NCBI GenBank assembly: GCA_047639475.1
Contig: JBLIOD010000010.1
Location: 1,454 to 65,453 of the forward strand
DNA: 64,000 nucleotides
DNA from: Gammaproteobacteria bacterium
GTDB taxonomy: Bacteria > Pseudomonadota > Gammaproteobacteria > Arenicellales > Poriferihabitantaceae
Direction of reading: 5' to 3'
Shown piece after piece: positions 30,196 through 39,296 of this stretch. Within the stretch, counting starts at the first letter, position 1, and each line of letters starts with the position of its first letter. A program made the translations under genes and the position numbers. The notes under the pieces are model-generated. The model was given only the letters and a program-made list of their open reading frames with translations, was not told the origin of the DNA and searched no databases.

Positions 30196-31562
30196 GCGTA
30201 AGCCTCTTGTTGTAATAGCGCAACCACCCTTTCCATCTGAGCAGCGCGCGAGCCCTTAATTAATACCGTCGACTGAACGTCAAGGGCATTGTAAAAATAT
30301 TCTGAAACTGCGTTCAAACTGGTCAGTAAAACAGCATTGACCCCAAAGCCGTTCACGTAGGCCTTGGCTAAAATCGCGTTGTTGGCGTTGTCACAGAAAA
30401 CCACTAAATTTCCAACTCCTTTTTGGTTCGCCAAGCGGCCAATTTCAAAGTGCGCCTCAGCGGTACTTTTACCTAACTCCCCCATGGTGCCTAGCACCAA
30501 GGTCGTACCGGTATTGATCTCCGTCAGTACATTGATGGCAGCGCGCATAGAAGCGGGATTGGCATTGTAGGTATCATCAATAAGGGTGAGCACCTTGTTC
30601 GATGGTTTCACTTCTAGGCGCCCGTTAACCGCCTTAACATTTTGGACTCCTGATTTGATATTTTTGATATTCATACCAGCACACAGTGCAGCCGCACTCG
30701 CAGCGGCTACGTTTAAATGGTTATGTTCCCCGAGTAATGCGCAATCGATGGTGGTCGTTTCTCCCTCAACAGTTAGGTCTAGCTGCTTAGCACGACTTGC
30801 ACTAACTTGAACATCTGCCGACTCACTCAGTCCAAACGTCAGCATCTTGCGATTACCGACTAAATCAAGCCACAGAGAATAAAAAGCATCATCTCTATTT
30901 AGCACCACCCAGCCATTTTCTTCGACAGCCTGGATTAATTCACCTTTGGCAACCGCTACGCCATCCACGGTTTTTAAGCCTTCTAAGTGAGCCGCCGCTG
31001 CATTGGTGATCACACCGATCGTAGGATTCACTATTGCGCCTAAATAACTTAATTCTCCCGGGTGATTCATGCCCATTTCTATCACCGCGGATTGGTCATT
31101 CTCACGTAACTTAAGCAGCGTCATCGGGACGCCCCAATGATTATTAAAACTACCTTCTGGGGCAATGCCGGGCATGGCAACGGCAAAGATCTCGCGCAAT
31201 ATTCTAGATACCGTGGTTTTGCCATTGCTCCCTGTAATGCCGACAACAGGAACCACAAATTGAGTACGCCAATAACGGGCTAAGTCACCTAGCGCTGCTG
31301 TGGTATCTTCAACGACAATGGCATTGGACGTCAGCGCGTCTCGCTGTGTTTCTCCAGATTCATCCATTACCACCGCCAGTGCACCGTTTTCTAATGCTGA
31401 ATCGATATAATGGTGGCCATCTTTCTCTAAGCCTCTAATAGCGAAAAACAGATCATTTTTTTTGACTTTGCGTGAGTCAAATTGCACCGACGCAAAATGA
31501 TCATCTATCGTTCCCATGAGACGGCCATTCATCGCGTTGTTGGCAGTGGTTAAAGTCATCAT
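30189..31562 (-). CDS. murF: UDP-MurNAc-tripeptide--D-Ala-D-Ala ligase
   Basis: [28 protein letters not shown]; ATGA overlap with murE. Confidence 0.97.
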   Translation of the reverse strand: MMTLTTANNAMNGRLMGTIDDHFASVQFDSRKVKKNDLFFAIRGLEKDGHHYIDSALENGALAVVMDESGETQRDALTSNAIVVEDTTAALGDLARYWRTQFVVPVVGITGSNGKTTVSRILREIFAVAMPGIAPEGSFNNHWGVPMTLLKLRENDQSAVIEMGMNHPGELSYLGAIVNPTIGVITNAAAAHLEGLKTVDGVAVAKGELIQAVEENGWVVLNRDDAFYSLWLDLVGNRKMLTFGLSESADVQVSASRAKQLDLTVEGETTTIDCALLGEHNHLNVAAASAAALCAGMNIKNIKSGVQNVKAVNGRLEVKPSNKVLTLIDDTYNANPASMRAAINVLTEINTGTTLVLGTMGELGKSTAEAHFEIGRLANQKGVGNLVVFCDNANNAILAKAYVNGFGVNAVLLTSLNAVSEYFYNALDVQSTVLIKGSRAAQMERVVALLQQEAYAC

Positions 31563-33022
31563 GCGGCCAGCCCTTCCCATGCAGCCAGCGCATCAACTGA
31601 AATTTGTCGGTCATTCACCTGTAGCGTATGATCAGCGTACACCTGCTCAGTCTCATGCCCTTTGCCGGCGACCAAAACCCAGTCTTCTGACTGTGATTGC
31701 GTTATCGCCATATTGATGGCCGCAGATCGATCATGATTCACTGTCGCGGGGAACTGCATACCGGTCAAAATGTCTGCCACTATGTGACTGGGTGTTTCAC
31801 TGCGGGGATTGTCGTCGGTCAGCAACACATCGTCTGCTAAGCGCTCTGCAATAGCACCCATTAGCGAGCGCTTCGCTTTGTCTCTATCACCGCCGCAACC
31901 GAACACCACACTGAGTTCGCCTTCGCAATGTGTTCGCAAAGCTCCCAGTGCTTTCTCTAAAGCATCCGGTGTATGAGCGTAATCAACCACCACGTTCGGC
32001 TTGGCTTTATCAAAACCAATTTTCTCAAGACGCCCTGGTGGGGCTTGGCATTCTTTCAATGTCATTGCGATGTCTTCTACAGCAAAATCCAAACTGATTA
32101 ACACCCCGATCACCGCAGTGAGATTCATCACATTGAAGTCACCCACTAATAGAGATTCAATCAACTGCGATTTGCCGTCAAACGTCAAACTGAACTGCAC
32201 ACCACTAACGCGCAGCTCAATATCACTGATTGCCAGTTTTCCCTTCTCACCGAAGGTCAAACTTGTTGCGGGAAATCGCTTAATTAAAGTCTGCCCAAAG
32301 GCATCATCTGCGTTTATCAGCGCCGTTTTAACGCACCTCATATTAAAGAGCAGACCCTTAGCCTCTGCATACGCTTGCATAGTGCCGTGGTAATCAAGGT
32401 GATCTTGACTCAAGTTGGTAAACACCGCCACTTCAAATTCAACTGCAGCCACCCGATGCTGTACTAAGCCATGTGATGAAACTTCCATACACACGACCTG
32501 AAAACCATCATTAACAAGTTCACGTAGCTGACGTTGCACGCTAATGGCGTCTGGTGTTGTTAAAGTAGAGGTTTGCAAACAAGTCGAATCACCATAACCA
32601 ATAGTGCCTATCATCGCTGTGGGCACACCCATTTTGGCGGCGGCTTGCGCCAACAAATAACAGGTAGATGTTTTCGCATTGGTTCCTGTCACCCCGATAA
32701 CGCGGCAATCCTTCGACGGATGACCATAAAAACGGGCAGCTAGTTCACTGACTTTTTGATCTAAGTCTTCGATCAGTATATAAGGTACCCCAATTTTGGC
32801 ACCGGCAAAGCCTTGTCGCTCGGCGATCACTACCACGGCTCCGTGTTCGATGGCCTGCGAAATATAATCTCTGCCGTCAGCTAGCTCGCCCTTCACCGCA
32901 ATAAAAGCATCACCGGAATTAACTTGCCGGCTATCTAGATTAAGCCCAGATACCCAAATTTCTTGCTCTACTGCACCGATTCCTTCTAATAGTTCAGCTA
33001 ATACAATGCTTCTGTCAATCAT
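31559..33022 (-). CDS. murE: UDP-MurNAc-dipeptide--meso-DAP ligase
   Basis: MEVSSH, DHLDYH, DYAHTPD, DAP-specific DNPR, GKGHE. Confidence 0.98.
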   Translation of the reverse strand: MIDRSIVLAELLEGIGAVEQEIWVSGLNLDSRQVNSGDAFIAVKGELADGRDYISQAIEHGAVVVIAERQGFAGAKIGVPYILIEDLDQKVSELAARFYGHPSKDCRVIGVTGTNAKTSTCYLLAQAAAKMGVPTAMIGTIGYGDSTCLQTSTLTTPDAISVQRQLRELVNDGFQVVCMEVSSHGLVQHRVAAVEFEVAVFTNLSQDHLDYHGTMQAYAEAKGLLFNMRCVKTALINADDAFGQTLIKRFPATSLTFGEKGKLAISDIELRVSGVQFSLTFDGKSQLIESLLVGDFNVMNLTAVIGVLISLDFAVEDIAMTLKECQAPPGRLEKIGFDKAKPNVVVDYAHTPDALEKALGALRTHCEGELSVVFGCGGDRDKAKRSLMGAIAERLADDVLLTDDNPRSETPSHIVADILTGMQFPATVNHDRSAAINMAITQSQSEDWVLVAGKGHETEQVYADHTLQVNDRQISVDALAAWEGLAA

Positions 33023-34773
33023 TAGGTCGCCTCCTTGTCTAGCGCGATTTTGCTCAGCGCCATATTAGAAGGTTCTCCTTGAATCAGGCCGGGCTGATCA
33101 GGTGCTACATTATATAAGCGCAAGGCGTCACGCATTAAACGGGAGAACACGGGAGCCGCGACTTGACCGCCGTAATGATATTTACCGCGGGGGTCATCCA
33201 TCATCACTACCATCACAAACTGTGGGTCTGATATCGGCGCTAAGCCTGCAAACCAAGACACATAACGCTCTTTATCGTAGCCGTTATTAAGCAGTTTATA
33301 GGTTGTGCCCGTTTTTCCGCCGACTCGATAGCGAGGTACCGCTGCTCTACGCGCCGTACCATCAACACTCACCACCTCTTCAAGCATCGGCAGCATCTGT
33401 TCAATGGTTTTTTTGCTAAAGACAGGAGTCGGCATTTTCGCCGCCGTGGTGCTGTCTCTCACCAGACTCAGCGGCAGCAAATTGCCGCCATTGGCAAAAA
33501 CAGTGTAAGCACGCGCCAATTGCAACGCAGTTGCATTTAAACCATAACCATAAGACTGTGTAGCTCGGTCAATGAGCTTATCTCGTTTGGGTAAAATGCC
33601 ACTTACTTCTGCCGGCACTGCACCCACCATTTTGCCAAAACCTGCCTTTGACAAAGTCTCGTGAAATAGAGATGCATCAAACTCGAGAGATAGCTTGGTC
33701 ACGCCGATATTGCTAGATTTAACAACGATGTCGTGCAAACTAAGTACTCCATTTTCATGGGTATCGGTGATCGTGCTGCCGCCAATTTTAAAACGGCCTT
33801 TGCCGGTATCAATCGTTGAAGACGGGCTATATCGACCACTCTCCAAGGCCATTGCCACGGTAAATGGCTTAATGGTTGAACCTGGCTCTTGCACATCAGT
33901 CACCGCCCGATTACGAAACAATTCAGGTTGTAACGTTCGCCGGTCATTAGGATTAAATTGTGGTGAGTCCACCATCGCCAATATTTCGCCAGTGGGCACA
34001 TGTATTACAATGGCGTTCGCGGCCGCAGCCTGGTGCTTACGTCGCTCTTCCTCTAAATAGGCGCTGGCTAAATATTGCAAACGACTATCTAAGGTCAACG
34101 TTAATGCTTGACCATTTTCTACCGCTTCTAGTTGCTCAACATATTCTACAAACCGGCCGCGGCTATCTCGGTGTAATGTTTTTTTACCGGCGCTGCCACT
34201 TAAGTGCTGGTCATACATCTTTTCGATGCCTTCTTGCCCCATACCATCTCGATCAGTAAAACCGACCACGTGCCCTGAAGCTGGCCCGGTTGGGTAAAAG
34301 CGTTTGTATTCGCGGCGCTTATTAAGTCCTTCTATACCCAGTTCGATTACTTCGGCAGCGTCGGCGGGAGAAATTTGACGTTTAACAAACATAAAATCAT
34401 TGATAAAGCCGTCTGTCTCGCGTTTTTTGCAAATGGCTTTCAGCGTTTTTTTATCAACGGCCACCAACTTATCAATGCTGTGCCATCGATCTGTCTGTTT
34501 ACAGAATACTTTGGGCTCTGCCCATAAAGTATCTACTGGGGTACTGACCGCCAATAACCGTTCATTACGATCATAAATCGGACCACGTAATGGTTGTATA
34601 TCTAAGGCGCGAACATGTCTCGCTTCAGCTCGCGACACCAAGTTCTCATGGCCTTTTGTATTGATCACTAATAGCTTGGCCGCCAAAAAACAAAAACCAA
34701 TAAAGCCAATGCTCAGCAACACGTTTTTACGCATCAACGTGCGATTAATTTGATCTTGGTCTTGGCGCTTCAC
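33022..34773 (-). CDS. ftsI: Penicillin-binding protein 3
   Basis: SxxK (EPGSTIKP), SxN (KSSN) and KTG motifs; dcw position. Confidence 0.97.
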   Translation of the reverse strand: MKRQDQDQINRTLMRKNVLLSIGFIGFCFLAAKLLVINTKGHENLVSRAEARHVRALDIQPLRGPIYDRNERLLAVSTPVDTLWAEPKVFCKQTDRWHSIDKLVAVDKKTLKAICKKRETDGFINDFMFVKRQISPADAAEVIELGIEGLNKRREYKRFYPTGPASGHVVGFTDRDGMGQEGIEKMYDQHLSGSAGKKTLHRDSRGRFVEYVEQLEAVENGQALTLTLDSRLQYLASAYLEEERRKHQAAAANAIVIHVPTGEILAMVDSPQFNPNDRRTLQPELFRNRAVTDVQEPGSTIKPFTVAMALESGRYSPSSTIDTGKGRFKIGGSTITDTHENGVLSLHDIVVKSSNIGVTKLSLEFDASLFHETLSKAGFGKMVGAVPAEVSGILPKRDKLIDRATQSYGYGLNATALQLARAYTVFANGGNLLPLSLVRDSTTAAKMPTPVFSKKTIEQMLPMLEEVVSVDGTARRAAVPRYRVGGKTGTTYKLLNNGYDKERYVSWFAGLAPISDPQFVMVVMMDDPRGKYHYGGQVAAPVFSRLMRDALRLYNVAPDQPGLIQGEPSNMALSKIALDKEAT

Positions 34774-35063
34774 GGGTTAAAACTCTTCGCCAACTGGATG
34801 GTTTTTATCTCTTCATCTTGAGGTGGATTAAGCCCGCTCTCGCCGCGCACTTCGTTCTCTACTTTATGTTCAAGGCGCCAAGTTGAGTATTCAGCCATTA
34901 GCTGACGCCACTCTATACTTAAGTCGTCACGTTGATGTTGTAGCTTTTGGGCCTGGTAAAAGCTCACCCTATTTAACTGTCTCACCGTCACCACAGATAA
35001 TGCGGATGCAACGACTGCAAACACCAATACCAAACCCCAACCTATTTGTGTGCGCTCGGTCAT
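34770..35063 (-). CDS. ftsL: Cell division protein FtsL
   Basis: Small TM plus coiled coil (EWRQLMAE) between rsmH and ftsI. Confidence 0.9.
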   Translation of the reverse strand: MTERTQIGWGLVLVFAVVASALSVVTVRQLNRVSFYQAQKLQHQRDDLSIEWRQLMAEYSTWRLEHKVENEVRGESGLNPPQDEEIKTIQLAKSFNP

Positions 35064-35998
35064 AAGCGCAATCTCTGAGCAATGCGCATGATCGCACTGC
35101 GAGAGCGCCGATTTGCCCGCACTTCTTCTTTAGATGCACGAACCGGCTTACCGATCAACTTCAACTTGGGCTTAATCAGATCGGCTTGGATAGGTAAATC
35201 AATCGGATACGGGTCTCCTTTTGCTTCATCGCGGAAATAATTCTTCACCATTCTGTCTTCTAAAGAATGGAAACTGATAATCGCCAGCCGCCCTTCAAGC
35301 GCAAGCGCCTCAAATGCCACGGGCAATACGGTTTCAAGTTCTTGTAACTCAGCGTTTACCGCAATGCGAATAGCCTGAAATGAACGGGTTGCTGGGTGTT
35401 TATCTTTTTCTTTGAAAGGAACAGCATCATCGACAATGCGCGACAATTGCAAAGTGGTTTCAATTGGAGTTTCAAGTAGCACTGCTTTGATCGCGGTAGT
35501 GATGCGCTTTGCGAAACGCTCCTCACCATATCGTTTCAATACCCGAATCAATTCATTCTCTTCAACTTCAGCCAACCACTGAGCTGCAGTCAAACCTTGG
35601 GTGGTGTCCATGCGCATATCCAACGGGCCGTCTTTTTGAAAGCTAAAGCCGCGCTCTGCCACGTCAATCTGTGGCGATGACACACCCAAATCCAGGACAA
35701 TACCATCAACGTCGCCGTATAAGCCTAGTTCGTCAAGCTCTTCTTTCATCGAAGAGAACGGCGCATGAATAATGACCACACGTGGGTCGTCACCCAATAG
35801 CTCTTCAGCCGCCGCGATAGCTTCTGGGTCTCTATCAAATACAATCAACTTTCCTGACTCACCCAAACGAGAAAGAATAAGTAAACCATGCCCACCGCGA
35901 CCAAAAGTCCCGTCGATATAAACACCGTTCGGCTTTAGAGACAGCGCATCGACCGCCTCATTGAGCAAAACGGTTTGATGCGCTGAAGGTGGCATCAC
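35060..35998 (-). CDS. rsmH: 16S rRNA m4C1402 methyltransferase
   Basis: [34 protein letters not shown]. The real start is probably the GTG/ATG overlapping the mraZ stop. Confidence 0.98.
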   Translation of the reverse strand: MMPPSAHQTVLLNEAVDALSLKPNGVYIDGTFGRGGHGLLILSRLGESGKLIVFDRDPEAIAAAEELLGDDPRVVIIHAPFSSMKEELDELGLYGDVDGIVLDLGVSSPQIDVAERGFSFQKDGPLDMRMDTTQGLTAAQWLAEVEENELIRVLKRYGEERFAKRITTAIKAVLLETPIETTLQLSRIVDDAVPFKEKDKHPATRSFQAIRIAVNAELQELETVLPVAFEALALEGRLAIISFHSLEDRMVKNYFRDEAKGDPYPIDLPIQADLIKPKLKLIGKPVRASKEEVRANRRSRSAIMRIAQRLRL

Positions 35999-36453
35999 AA
36001 CTGTAAGCTCTCCAACTCTGGGGAGGTGTCGTTGGGGTCGGGGGCATGCCCGACCCATGCTTGCATTTTCTTCTCCCAGTTGGCTTGGCTCCATATCTCA
36101 AATTTCTCTCCCTGTCCAACCAAATAAATACCTTTCTCTACCTGCGCAAATTCTCGCAATGTGGGAGGTAATAAAACTCGACCAGTTTTATCTAGTTGCA
36201 CGTCTGTGGCATAACCAATGAAAAAACGTTTTAGCTCTTGGTGTTGTGATTTAAAGCTGGGCAGGGCGTTGACCTTCTCTTCAGCTCTTTCCCACTCGTC
36301 GAGCGGATAAAGCACCAAACAAGGTTCGTAGGTGTGACTCACGGTAACCACCAAGTTGCCCGCGCTGCGCTGCGAAATCGCTTCGCGCAGACGAGTCGGC
36401 AAGGCCACTCGACCTTTGCCATCAACTTTTATATAATTTGCACCGCGAAACAT
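35995..36453 (-). CDS. mraZ: Transcriptional regulator MraZ
   Basis: MFRG...[10 protein letters not shown] and a second repeat [10 protein letters not shown]. Confidence 0.97.
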   Translation of the reverse strand: MFRGANYIKVDGKGRVALPTRLREAISQRSAGNLVVTVSHTYEPCLVLYPLDEWERAEEKVNALPSFKSQHQELKRFFIGYATDVQLDKTGRVLLPPTLREFAQVEKGIYLVGQGEKFEIWSQANWEKKMQAWVGHAPDPNDTSPELESLQL

Positions 36454-36473
36454 GAAATATTTTCCGAGAAAAC

Positions 36474-36497
36474 CCGTTTATTACCACTTTTTACCAC
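36474..36497 (-). promoter_or_regulatory. MraZ-binding repeats
   Basis: GTGG-N6-GTGG-N6-ACGG at 10-bp periodicity just upstream of mraZ. Confidence 0.65.
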
Positions 36498-36506
36498 TAG
36501 CGTTAA

Positions 36507-36535
36507 ATAATAGGTTTCACCCCGAAATAAGTCAA
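36507..36535 (-). promoter_or_regulatory. sigma70 promoter of the dcw operon (Pmra)
   Basis: TTGACT-N17-TATTAT on the minus strand, directly upstream of the MraZ boxes. Confidence 0.7.
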
Positions 36536-36648
36536 GGTTTTTCAATAAGATACGTGCTTTTAGGGGATTAGAAATGCGAAATTAAACTACGTTTAAAATC
36601 AACGAGCTATGGCTTTAAGTTAACCCATAACAATAGGTATGTTAAATA

Positions 36649-37028
36649 AAGTTGGTCGATAAGCCGGGTTCTGTCGTTGGACGATCATTCATCTAGGGCA
36701 TTTGTCGCCAAATACCTCATGCAACCTACCCGAAACCAACGCGGGTCGCGCCTAACCAGCCTGTATCCGAAAATACAAGCCAGACTGGTTTCCTATTTGG
36801 TCTTGCTCCGAGTGGGGTTTACCCTGCCACACTTGTTACCAAGTGCGCGGTGCGCTCTTACCGCACCTTTTCACCCTTACCATCTCAAAAGAAATGGCGG
36901 TTCATTTTCTGTGGCACTGGCCATCGGCTTACGCCGCCCAGACGTTATCTGGCACTCTACCCTTTGGAGCCCGGACTTTCCTCGATAAAATTGCACAAGG
37001 CAAGTTACCGCGATCGTCTGACCAACTC
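36649..37028 (-). ncRNA. rnpB: RNase P RNA, type A
   Basis: Minus strand contains GAGGAAAGTCCGGGCTC, AGTGCCACAGAAAA, GGTGAAAAGGTGCGGTAAGAGCGCACC, GGTAAACCCCACTCGGAGCAAGACCAAATAGG and ACAGAACCCGGCTTAT; the termini pair (P1). Confidence 0.98.
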
Positions 37029-37035
37029 TGCGCCG

Positions 37036-37064
37036 ACATTACGTTAAAATACCCATTTATTCAA
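37036..37064 (-). promoter_or_regulatory. rnpB promoter
   Basis: TTGAAT-N17-TAATGT followed by a GC-rich discriminator (CGGCGC) and the RNA 5' end. Confidence 0.65.
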
Positions 37065-37086
37065 CCGCCAAATACACTATCAGCCC

Positions 37087-37302
37087 ATGTCAATTCAAAC
37101 CGGCAAATATCAGCACTACAAAGGCCAAAATTACCACGTTATTGGCGTGGCAAAGCACAGCGAAACAGAAGAAGAATTAGTGGTATATCAACCCTTATAC
37201 GGCGAAGGCGGCTTATGGGTGCGCCCCTTAGAAATGTTTACTGAAACCGTTTCAATCTACGGTGAATCACAGCCACGCTTTCGTTTTTTAAATGAGGCGT
37301 AA
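37087..37302 (+). CDS. DUF1653 domain protein
   Basis: GKYQHYKG..Y.VIGVAKHSETEEELVVY..LYG...LWVRPLEMF. Confidence 0.92.
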   Translation: MSIQTGKYQHYKGQNYHVIGVAKHSETEEELVVYQPLYGEGGLWVRPLEMFTETVSIYGESQPRFRFLNEA

Positions 37303-37304
37303 AT

Positions 37305-38372
37305 TTAGCTTAACGGCGAGGCCATTTGCTCGAGTTGATCCATCAAAGTGCGCATTTCCTCATCGGTGCCAACGGTAATACGCACATATTCGTTGATGCG
37401 ATCTTGGCTAAAATAGCGCACCAATATACCGCGTTCCTTGAGGCCGAAGTAAAGCTGCTCAGCGCCCATAAACTGGGGCTTGGCAAGCAGAAAATTGGCG
37501 CCAGACGGCAATACTTCAAAACCCAGAGAAGTCAGTTGTTTTGCGGCCCATTCACGGGTTTTAATTATTTTCGCCGTGCTTTGCTCAAAAGCCGCTTCAT
37601 CCTCAATTGCGGCAACCGATCCCGCCAGGGCCACCTTATCTAGAGGATACGAATTAAACGAATTTTTGACTCGCTCTAAGCCTTCGATAAGCGATTTATC
37701 GCCGACCGCAAAGCCCACTCGCAAACCGGCTAAGGAACGTGATTTTGACAGGGTTTGCGTCACCAATAAATTGGGGTATTTGTCGATCAGCGCGATCGCG
37801 GAGTCTCCTCCAAAATCAATATACGCCTCATCGACCACCACCACGCTTTGAGTGTTCAATTTTAGAAATTTATCTATTTCTATCAATGGTTTAGTGATAG
37901 AGGTAGGTGCGTTGGGGTTGGCAAAAATAACGCCGCCGTTTTGCGTAGGATAGCGGGTTAAATCAATTTCAAACGACTCATCCAAAGCCATCTGTTGGGT
38001 TTTTTGCCCGTATAACTGTGCGTATACTGGATAAAAACTATAGCTTATATCAGGCAATATCAACGCTTGATCATGATCAAATAATCCAGCAAAAATATGC
38101 GCCAGCACTTCATCTGAGCCGTTCCCTACAAACACATTAGACACATTACAACCGTAATAATCAGCAATGGCTTGTTTAAGCTGCTTACAGTGAGGATCAG
38201 GGTATAACTGCAAACCTTGGTGCAGCGCTGACTCCATCGCTTTCACAACCCGCCCTGAAGGCGGATAAGGGTTCTCATTAGTATTGAGCTTTATGTAGGC
38301 CTGATCTTGCGGCTGCTCGCCGGGCACATACGGGCTTAACGAATGGGTACGTTTATTCCAAAATTGACTCAT
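37305..38372 (-). CDS. hisC: Histidinol-phosphate aminotransferase
   Basis: YVPGEQP, KLNTNENPY, GNGSDE, NPNAPT, DEAY, TLSKSRSLAGLRVG. Confidence 0.95.
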   Translation of the reverse strand: MSQFWNKRTHSLSPYVPGEQPQDQAYIKLNTNENPYPPSGRVVKAMESALHQGLQLYPDPHCKQLKQAIADYYGCNVSNVFVGNGSDEVLAHIFAGLFDHDQALILPDISYSFYPVYAQLYGQKTQQMALDESFEIDLTRYPTQNGGVIFANPNAPTSITKPLIEIDKFLKLNTQSVVVVDEAYIDFGGDSAIALIDKYPNLLVTQTLSKSRSLAGLRVGFAVGDKSLIEGLERVKNSFNSYPLDKVALAGSVAAIEDEAAFEQSTAKIIKTREWAAKQLTSLGFEVLPSGANFLLAKPQFMGAEQLYFGLKERGILVRYFSQDRINEYVRITVGTDEEMRTLMDQLEQMASPLS

Positions 38373-38396
38373 GTTTAGGTTTAGTTTTGATTAGCC

Positions 38397-39239
38397 TTAC
38401 TTGTCTTGTTGTAATTGTACTGCCTTCTCATAGCAGATATTTTTACTAACCCCACTTAATTTCGCCGCCAGCTTACTGGCTTGCTTCACGCTGAGCTCTT
38501 CAAGCAATACAGTCAGTATTTTTTCGATATCGACATCTTCTGCAACTAGCTTCAGGCCTTCAACCAAAATGACAAATTCGCCCTTTTGATTTTCAGGGCT
38601 ACTTCCAATTTGCCTGATGACATCATCAAATGCCCCCGCTACAACTGTTTCAAATTTCTTGGTTAATTCTCGCCCAACTACCACCTCTCGCTGCGCACCG
38701 AACACCTGCGCCATGGATTGCAAGCAAGCAATAATCCGATGCTTGCCTTCATAAAATATCAGCGTGCGAGGCTCTTGCTTAAGCATTTCAAGCGCCGCCA
38801 AGCGTGCCGCTGTTTTGGCTGGTAAAAACCCTTCAAACGCAAAACGATTAGTGGCCATACCCGAAACACAAAGCGCCGCGATGGCCGCACAAGCACCAGG
38901 AACGGTTAAAGCTTGAATGCCCGCAATCTGTAATTGGTTGACCAATTTATAGCCCGGGTCGCTTATCAATGGCGTCCCCGCGTCACTGATCATTGCGTAC
39001 GACTCTCCTTGTTGTAATGCCTCCATAATAGTCGGGATCAGTTTTAACTCATTGTGCTCGTGAAAGGCTTGCAATGGCGTGCGAATGGCATAATGATCGA
39101 GCAAAGTGCGCGCATGCCGGGTGTCTTCTACCAGAATTCGATCCACCTTCTTTAAGGTGTCGACTGCCCGATAGGTAATATCCCCTAGGTTACCAATGGG
39201 CGTTGCCACGATATATAAGTTTCCTGCTTTGCTGTTCAT
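38397..39239 (-). CDS. rsmI: 16S rRNA Cm1402 methyltransferase
   Basis: LYIVATPIGNLGDIT, SDAGTPLISDPG, RELTKKFE. Confidence 0.98.
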   Translation of the reverse strand: MNSKAGNLYIVATPIGNLGDITYRAVDTLKKVDRILVEDTRHARTLLDHYAIRTPLQAFHEHNELKLIPTIMEALQQGESYAMISDAGTPLISDPGYKLVNQLQIAGIQALTVPGACAAIAALCVSGMATNRFAFEGFLPAKTAARLAALEMLKQEPRTLIFYEGKHRIIACLQSMAQVFGAQREVVVGRELTKKFETVVAGAFDDVIRQIGSSPENQKGEFVILVEGLKLVAEDVDIEKILTVLLEELSVKQASKLAAKLSGVSKNICYEKAVQLQQDK

Positions 39240-39296
39240 CGTCCGCTACCGTATACTCTCACATCTCATTTAGGTCTGATTGTGGCAAGGTTCCCT

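Noticed and set aside
20187-34259. Numerous plus-strand ORFs of 60-130 aa within the dcw cluster
   Set aside because: Antisense shadows of conserved genes, with no independent coding signal.
35999-36094. N-terminal extension of RsmH in the ORF track
   Set aside because: It overlaps mraZ; homology starts at HQTVLL, so the start is at 35998/35995.
36677-37244. ORFs 36677..36988, 36843..37244 and 36850..37047
   Set aside because: They are antisense to rnpB or overlap DUF1653 out of frame; typical spurious ORFs.
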